Positions 58,192 to 64,000 of a stretch of 64,000 nucleotides of DNA are shown here, piece after piece. The position numbers were made by a program, and so were the translations under genes. Every line of letters begins with the position of its first letter. Positions within the stretch are counted from its first letter, which is position 1. Origin of the DNA: Desulfatiglandales bacterium (GTDB taxonomy: Bacteria; Desulfobacterota; DSM-4660; Desulfatiglandales; Desulfatiglandaceae); contig OY762721.1 in the NCBI GenBank assembly GCA_963666345.1, forward strand, positions 2,208,001-2,272,000, read 5' to 3'. The notes under the pieces were generated by a model that made no database searches, was not told the DNA's origin, and was given only the letters and a program-made list of their open reading frames with translations.

Positions 58192-59163
58192 TCAGGCCTC
58201 TTTCAGGGAATCTATAATTGCCTTCATATCGGTAGGGACCGGCGCTTCGAAAACAAGGAACCGATCCTTTTCCTGATGATAAAATCCGAGCCTGCCGGCG
58301 TGAAGCATCTGCCTGCGGGGCATTACTAATGATCGATTGTCGCATGGAAAGTGCTTTTTCCACCACCTGATTCCGAATCCGTACAAGGGATCACCAACTA
58401 CCGGATGCCCGATATGAGATAAATGAACCCTGATCTGGTGTGTCCTTCCTGTCTTTATAGTAACCGATAGCAGGGAAAAATCTTCTTTAAATTCCTTTAC
58501 GGTATTCCAGAGGGAGACTGCCGCTCTACCCCCTGATTCAAGGACCGCCATTTGCTTTCTTTTTTGAGGATGTCGGCCTATGGGAAGATCAATACTGCCC
58601 CGGCTTTCCTTCGGCCTTCCATGCACAAGCGCGAGATAAACCTTTTCAATCTGACCCGATTTGAACTGCCCGGCTAGGTAACCATGTGAGCGGTCATTTT
58701 TGGCAACGATGATAAGGCCGGAGGTGTCCTTGTCAAGGCGATGGACTATTCCCGGCCTTAATATGCCCCCGATGCCTGATAGATCCCTGCAATGATATAG
58801 AAGACCGTGCACAAGCGTTCCGGTATAATGGCCGGGGGCAGGGTGTACTACAAGTCCGGGTGGCTTGTTTATCACGATGAGAGAGCTGTCTTCAAAAACT
58901 ACGTTAAATTCTATCTTTTCAGGTTCAAGGGGGTGGATCGCCGGAGCTGGAATTGAGACATAAACATGATCACCGGGACAGAGCACATGGCTGGGTTTTG
59001 AATGGGAATCGTTTACCTTGACCATCCCCTGTCTTATAAGCGTTTGAATCCTGGATCGGGAAAGGCCGATTATTTTCTGACGGGAGAGGAACAAATCAAG
59101 GCGAATTTCATCGCTTTCAGGGGGAACATCAAGACAGATATCCCTATTTTCTGTTCTGTTCAC
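58192..59163 (-). CDS. rluD: RluA/RluD-family pseudouridine synthase with S4 domain
   Basis: RLDLFL..SRSRIQ (S4), NKPPGLVVHP, VHRLDKDTSG, TGRTHQIRVH, VGDPLYG. Confidence 0.9.
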   Translation of the reverse strand: MNRTENRDICLDVPPESDEIRLDLFLSRQKIIGLSRSRIQTLIRQGMVKVNDSHSKPSHVLCPGDHVYVSIPAPAIHPLEPEKIEFNVVFEDSSLIVINKPPGLVVHPAPGHYTGTLVHGLLYHCRDLSGIGGILRPGIVHRLDKDTSGLIIVAKNDRSHGYLAGQFKSGQIEKVYLALVHGRPKESRGSIDLPIGRHPQKRKQMAVLESGGRAAVSLWNTVKEFKEDFSLLSVTIKTGRTHQIRVHLSHIGHPVVGDPLYGFGIRWWKKHFPCDNRSLVMPRRQMLHAGRLGFYHQEKDRFLVFEAPVPTDMKAIIDSLKEA

Positions 59164-59185
59164 TTAAAACAGCTGGGCAAAGATG

Positions 59186-59665
59186 TTATGCAAAGATTTT
59201 ATCCAGATCTTTTTCTACCTGTTCTTCCTCGACATTTTTTGCAAGAGATATTTCTTTCACCAACAGGGTCCTGGCTGTGTCAAGCATCTTTCTTTCACCA
59301 AAGGAAAGGTCCTTTTCCAGCTTGAGCATCAAAAGATCACGGTATACTTCGGCGACTTCAAAAACAGACCCTGTCTTTATTTTATCCATGTAGTCCCTAT
59401 AGCGTCTGTTCCATGTCTGGTTGTCGACTGCAACGTCTCTTTGTTTGAGAATGGAATAGAGCCTTGGAACCTCTCTCTGGCCTATTATTTCCCTAAGTCC
59501 CACATTGTTTACGTTGCCGGTAGGAATCATTATCTTCATATCGTTATCAAGAATGCGCATGACATAGAAATCCTGACGGCAGCCGGATATTTCCTGGCTT
59601 TCTATCTTTTCAATGACCCCTACCCCGTGTGCGGGATAGACAGCCAAATCATCAACTTTAAACAT
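59186..59665 (-). CDS. carD: CarD/CdnL family RNA polymerase-binding regulator
   Basis: MFKVDDLAVYPAHGVG, TWNRRYR, LSFGERKML. Confidence 0.92.
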   Translation of the reverse strand: MFKVDDLAVYPAHGVGVIEKIESQEISGCRQDFYVMRILDNDMKIMIPTGNVNNVGLREIIGQREVPRLYSILKQRDVAVDNQTWNRRYRDYMDKIKTGSVFEVAEVYRDLLMLKLEKDLSFGERKMLDTARTLLVKEISLAKNVEEEQVEKDLDKIFA

Positions 59666-59831
59666 TATAACCCCCAATCATGAAAACCTACGAAATACTT
59701 TAAATATCTGCAAGGAAGGGCTTTGCTCGGCCTGGTTCACTCAAAGTAGCCGGCCCTTGTTTTTGTTAATCGGACGGGGCAGATAAATCAGAATAATATA
59801 CCCCGTCCTACCAATACTGTATGTCAAGTTG

Positions 59832-61901
59832 TTACATTATCAATATCCCGACTACCGGAAGCACGGGTGCGATAACCAGGGAAACCACCGACATCAGCTT
59901 TATGAGAATATTCATGGCAGGGCCTGATGTATCCTTGAACGGATCTCCGACAGTATCACCAACTACGGCAGCCTTATGATTGTCAGAGCCTTTTCCGCCG
60001 AAGTTTCCTTCCTCTATATATTTTTTAGCGTTATCCCATGCCCCGCCGCTATTGGCCATAAAAAGGGCCAGAAAGGCTCCCATGACCGTGGCCCCCAGCA
60101 ACATTCCGCCCAGGGTCTCGGCACCTAGAAGAAAGCCCACCGCAACCGGAGTAAGAACCGCGATGAGGCCAGGTGCGACCATTTCCCTAAGAGCGGAGTC
60201 GGTTGCTATTGTAACGCAGGTTTTAGGATCAGGCTTGACCCCCTCTTTACCTTCGAGCAGGCCCGGGATTTCCCTGAACTGACGGCGTATTTCCTCGACA
60301 ATGCTGAAGGCCGCTTTTCCCACGGAGGTCATTGTGAGGGCCGCGCATATCATCGGAACGATACCGCCGATAAACACCCCGATAACGACCATCGGGTTTT
60401 TGATGTCGATTGAGGCAAGTCCTGCCGACTGTGTAAAGGCTACAAAAAGGGCAAGGGCGGTTAAGGCAGCCGAGCCGATTGCGAATCCCTTGCCTATGGC
60501 CGCAGTGGTGTTGCCCAGTGCGTCCAGGCTGTCAGTGATTTTTCTGGTCTCAGGGCCTAGGCCGGACATCTCTGATATGCCTCCGGCATTGTCGGCTATC
60601 GGGCCGTACGCGTCAACCGTCATGGTTGCACCGACAGTGGCCAGCATGCCTACGGCTGAAAGACCGATACCGTAAATACCTGCGGTTTGATACCCGATAA
60701 AGGTCGCGATGCAGATTCCCAGAATGGGCAGGTAGGTTGAACGCATCCCCACCGCAAGGCCTGAAATAATAACCGTGGCTGCGCCGGTCTTGGACTGTTC
60801 GGCTATATAACGTACCGGAGGACCGGAGGTGTAATATTCCGCAATGAGCCCGATTACGATACCGCAGATGAGACCGGAGAATACCGCCCAGAAGGCACCG
60901 ATAGGCATTCCTATGCTCATGGTTAAAATAATGGTTAAGATTATAAAAATGATTGCAGCCACAAAAGTGGTGTATCTCAAGGCACCTGCGGGGTTGCCTT
61001 TTTGAAACAGTTTAATCGAAAACACACCGATAAAAGAACTGAGCAAACCTGCCATTACGACCAGCATGGGCATGGCCATATATTTCAGCTTTATCGCCTC
61101 TGCGGACAGCCCCTTGAGCGCGGGGTACTGATTTACAAATGCGGACAGAGTTTCAGGCGTCCCGATTGCAAGTGTCGCGCCTATTGCGATTGTGGCAATG
61201 ACCGAGCCCACAAATGATTCGAAGATATCAGCGCCCATGCCTGCGATATCTCCGACATTGTCTCCAACATTATCCGCGATGACTCCCGGGTTTCTCGGGT
61301 CGTCTTCAGGTATGCCCGCCTCCACCTTTCCTACAAGATCCGCACCCACATCAGCCGCTTTGGTGTACACACCACCGCCGACACGGGCAAAAAGGGCAAT
61401 GGAACTGGCCCCCATGGCAAAGCCGTTTATGTATTTCGCGGAATCGGGGTTGTCTCCGAAAATAATGAACCAGAAACCGAGTCCCAGAAGTCCGAGCCCG
61501 GCAACCGCCAGTCCCATTACCGAACCTGAAAAATATGAGACGTTCAGCGCCTTTGCCTGCCCCGATTTATTGGCGGCTTCGGCCGTCCTTGAATTACCTC
61601 TGGTTGCGGCGGTCATGCCGGAGAAACCGGCAGCCATGGAACAAATAGCACCTGTAACGAATGCAAGGGAAGTCTTCCAGGAGATAAATACTGTCAGCAG
61701 AATGAAGACAGCGGCGATAAAAAACACCAGAACAGAATATTCCCTTTTTAAGAAGGCCATTGCACCATCATGAATGGCTGCTTCAAGTTCCTGCATCAAC
61801 GGGGTTCCATTGGGTTGTTTTTTTACGTAACCGTAGATTAAATACGCTATAAGTAGGCTTACCACCCCCAGAAAAGGGGCAACGACGGTTAATCCTTGCA
61901 T
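59832..61901 (-). CDS. hppA: Membrane-bound pyrophosphatase, K+-dependent (probably Na+-translocating)
   Basis: [36 protein letters not shown] (Ala form = K+-dependent class). Confidence 0.93.
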   Translation of the reverse strand: MQGLTVVAPFLGVVSLLIAYLIYGYVKKQPNGTPLMQELEAAIHDGAMAFLKREYSVLVFFIAAVFILLTVFISWKTSLAFVTGAICSMAAGFSGMTAATRGNSRTAEAANKSGQAKALNVSYFSGSVMGLAVAGLGLLGLGFWFIIFGDNPDSAKYINGFAMGASSIALFARVGGGVYTKAADVGADLVGKVEAGIPEDDPRNPGVIADNVGDNVGDIAGMGADIFESFVGSVIATIAIGATLAIGTPETLSAFVNQYPALKGLSAEAIKLKYMAMPMLVVMAGLLSSFIGVFSIKLFQKGNPAGALRYTTFVAAIIFIILTIILTMSIGMPIGAFWAVFSGLICGIVIGLIAEYYTSGPPVRYIAEQSKTGAATVIISGLAVGMRSTYLPILGICIATFIGYQTAGIYGIGLSAVGMLATVGATMTVDAYGPIADNAGGISEMSGLGPETRKITDSLDALGNTTAAIGKGFAIGSAALTALALFVAFTQSAGLASIDIKNPMVVIGVFIGGIVPMICAALTMTSVGKAAFSIVEEIRRQFREIPGLLEGKEGVKPDPKTCVTIATDSALREMVAPGLIAVLTPVAVGFLLGAETLGGMLLGATVMGAFLALFMANSGGAWDNAKKYIEEGNFGGKGSDNHKAAVVGDTVGDPFKDTSGPAMNILIKLMSVVSLVIAPVLPVVGILIM

Positions 61902-62509
61902 CAGGGTTCTACCTCCTTGTAAGTAGGATTTTCAGCATTAAAACTATTCATTACCCGTTCTATACCTTCTGAGACAAACATCTCACACGCATCGACCGCT
62001 GATGAGACTACTGATTCGATTATCGGTTTTTCATCAGCATAGAAAGACGAAAGGACGAAATCTTCTACCATTTCCCCGTGCCGGGGGCGCCCGATTCCTA
62101 TCTTTATGCGAGGGAAATGCGAATCTTGGAGATGCTCAATAATGGAACGCACGCCTTTGTGCCCTCCGGCGCCTCCATTTCTGGTCGCCTTTATCCTGCC
62201 TGTTGGAAGGTCAAGATCGTCATGTACAACCAGGATGTTGCTTATAGGCAGGTTGTAATACTCGGCACATGCATCGACCGAATAACCGCTTAGATTCATA
62301 AAGGTCAGGGGACAGAGCAGGAAGGTCGTTTTGTAATGCAATATGGTTTTGACGGATCTGGCCTTGAAATGGCTTTCAGAAAATTGAAGTCCAAGGCTTT
62401 TTCGCCACTGGTCAATTATTCTGCACCCTATGTTGTGCCTTGTATATTCGTACCTCGAGCCCGGGTTTCCAAGCCCCACGCATAGGTACTTTTCAGAATG
62501 AGCGTCCAC
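61901..62509 (-). CDS. pth: Peptidyl-tRNA hydrolase
   Basis: VGLGNPG..Y..TRHNIG, TFMNLSG, VHDDLD, GGHKG. Confidence 0.95.
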   Translation of the reverse strand: MDAHSEKYLCVGLGNPGSRYEYTRHNIGCRIIDQWRKSLGLQFSESHFKARSVKTILHYKTTFLLCPLTFMNLSGYSVDACAEYYNLPISNILVVHDDLDLPTGRIKATRNGGAGGHKGVRSIIEHLQDSHFPRIKIGIGRPRHGEMVEDFVLSSFYADEKPIIESVVSSAVDACEMFVSEGIERVMNSFNAENPTYKEVEP

Positions 62510-62529
62510 CTGCCTTTCTCTGCCTGCAT

Positions 62530-63177
62530 CTATTGTGCTTCTTTTTCAGGTGCTTCCTCTGTTGTAGTCTCCTCCGCCCCTTCAAGCTCTTCCTCGGCCT
62601 CTTCTTCCTGAACCGTGGGTGCTGCGACAACTGCAATAGTAAGGCCGTCTTCTTCGTTGGTATTAACCCCTTCAGGCAGGTCAATGTCCTCGATGTGAAG
62701 GGCGTCCCCTATTTCCAGTTTTGATACGTCAACCGTTATGCTCTCTATTAGTTTGTCAGGCAGGCAGGAAATCGAAATCTCCCTTGTTATCTGCTGCAGA
62801 ACTCCCCCATTGGCTGCTCCCGCCGGAGTTCCTTCAAGGTGGATAGATAAGTCAACCGTGATTTCCTTGTCCATGGATATCTCGTAAAAATCGGCATGGA
62901 TGATGGTATCCTTGATCGGGTCGACCGTAAGGTCCTTGATAATGGTACTGTATATTTTTTCACCCCCGCCGGATGTGATCTTGAGATTTATAAGCGTGCT
63001 TTCGATCGAACCATGTTTTAGTATTTTCTCAAGCTCGTTCATTTCCACTGTCAGGGATACCGGCTCGATTTTGGGCCCGTATAACACAGCCGGCAGTTTG
63101 TTTTCCTTGCGTAATTTTCTGGCTGCCTCTTTTCCTGTCTTATTTCTTATCAGGGCAGCAACAATAGGCTGATCCAT
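62530..63177 (-). CDS. rplY: 50S ribosomal protein L25/general stress protein Ctc
   Basis: GKEAARKLR...PAVLYG, IIHADF, GG.LQQ, acidic tail. Confidence 0.95.
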   Translation of the reverse strand: MDQPIVAALIRNKTGKEAARKLRKENKLPAVLYGPKIEPVSLTVEMNELEKILKHGSIESTLINLKITSGGGEKIYSTIIKDLTVDPIKDTIIHADFYEISMDKEITVDLSIHLEGTPAGAANGGVLQQITREISISCLPDKLIESITVDVSKLEIGDALHIEDIDLPEGVNTNEEDGLTIAVVAAPTVQEEEAEEELEGAEETTTEEAPEKEAQ

Positions 63178-63244
63178 TTACTTCCTCCGTATATTTATTT
63201 ATCCTCATAACGGCCTTGAACCCCTTTTTACGTGAGGGCTTCGG

Positions 63245-64000
63245 CTATACAAAAAGGGTGCTGACCGAGTGAGAGGTGTTAATCCTTTTTATGGTCTCTC
63301 CAAGCAGTTCCGCAATTGACAGGGAGGTTATCTTTTTACACTTTTCAGCCGCCCTTTCGTTTAGAGGAATTGTGTTAGTTACCACCAGACTATTTATAAC
63401 GGAATCCTCCAGCCTTTCAATGGCAGGCCCTGAAAGAACCGCGTGGGTGCAGCAGGCATGAATGGTAGAGGCACCCCTTAACTTCAAGGCCAGAGCCGCC
63501 TGGGTCAGTGTGCCTGCGGTATCGACCATGTCATCCAAAATTATGGCGATCCTGTTTTCCACCTCACCTATTATATTCATTGCCTCTGCGACGTTGGGCG
63601 CTTCTCTCCTTTTGTCTATTATGGCAAGGGACGCATCCAGGCGTTTTGCAAAAGCGCGGGCTCTCTCCACTCCGCCCGCATCGGGTGAGACGATGACGAG
63701 GTTGTCTTGAAAGCTGCTTTTGATATGGTTCAGTAAGATAGGCGCCGCAAATATATTGTCCACAGGAATATTGAAATAACCCTGGATCTGCCCTGCGTGC
63801 AGGTCCATAGACACGACCCTGTGGGCTCCGGCGACCGTAATAAGGTCGGCAACCAGCTTTGCGCTGATAGGCACCCTGGGCCTTACTTTTCTGTCCTGGC
63901 GGCCGTATCCGTAGTAGGGGATTACCGCCGTGATGGTTCTGGCAGAGGCCCTTCTGAGGGCGTCAGTGATTATCAGCAGCTGCATGAGATTGTCATTTAC
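63245..64000 (-). CDS. prs: Ribose-phosphate pyrophosphokinase (5' end outside the window)
   Basis: [45 protein letters not shown]. Confidence 0.97.
   Translation of the reverse strand, partial: VNDNLMQLLIITDALRRASARTITAVIPYYGYGRQDRKVRPRVPISAKLVADLITVAGAHRVVSMDLHAGQIQGYFNIPVDNIFAAPILLNHIKSSFQDNLVIVSPDAGGVERARAFAKRLDASLAIIDKRREAPNVAEAMNIIGEVENRIAIILDDMVDTAGTLTQAALALKLRGASTIHACCTHAVLSGPAIERLEDSVINSLVVTNTIPLNERAAEKCKKITSLSIAELLGETIKRINTSHSVSTLFV

Noticed and set aside
1..64000. CRISPR array, tRNA/rRNA, transposase, integrase, prophage, selenoprotein read-through
   Set aside because: No regularly spaced repeats, no cloverleaf or rRNA signatures, no mobile-element ORFs, and no in-frame TGA splitting the redox genes seen by eye; a tRNAscan/Infernal run would be needed to exclude small RNAs

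Overview
Core-genome window from an anaerobic deltaproteobacterium (Desulfobacterota-like; inferred from gene content and the prs-rplY-pth-hppA-carD-rluD-rho-rpmE-prfA-prmC order). It holds many DNA repair and nucleic-acid genes (truncated EndoQ-family gene missed by the ORF track, recC-recB with recD split off by a 2.3 kb insert, DEAD-box helicase, DinG/YoaA, YhaM, ruvCAB). Signalling genes include a REC-PAS-GAF-HD-GYP protein, a CHASE2 adenylate cyclase, a multi-PAS histidine kinase and a PAS sigma54 activator. There is also an Orange-protein (orp)-type NifB/NifX/Mrp/MinD cluster, a FAD/CCG oxidoreductase operon and translation genes. I saw no tRNA, rRNA, CRISPR array, transposase, integrase or reverse transcriptase. 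The most interesting signals are: (1) an unannotated Phe-rich leader peptide with a complete attenuator upstream of a pheA whose chorismate mutase domain has lost catalytic residues; (2) an unrecognised structured element present twice, 50 kb apart (52/70 nt identical, ungapped), each time in sense upstream of a gene; (3) a four-gene operon linking CsgG-like and FlgT-like exported proteins to a CHASE2 adenylate cyclase; (4) a sigma54 promoter and repeated TTGC-N6-GCAA palindromes in the orp cluster; (5) a second dispersed REP/MITE-like family and a patatin pseudogene with an internal deletion. All family calls come from motif recognition by eye; no database searches were run.
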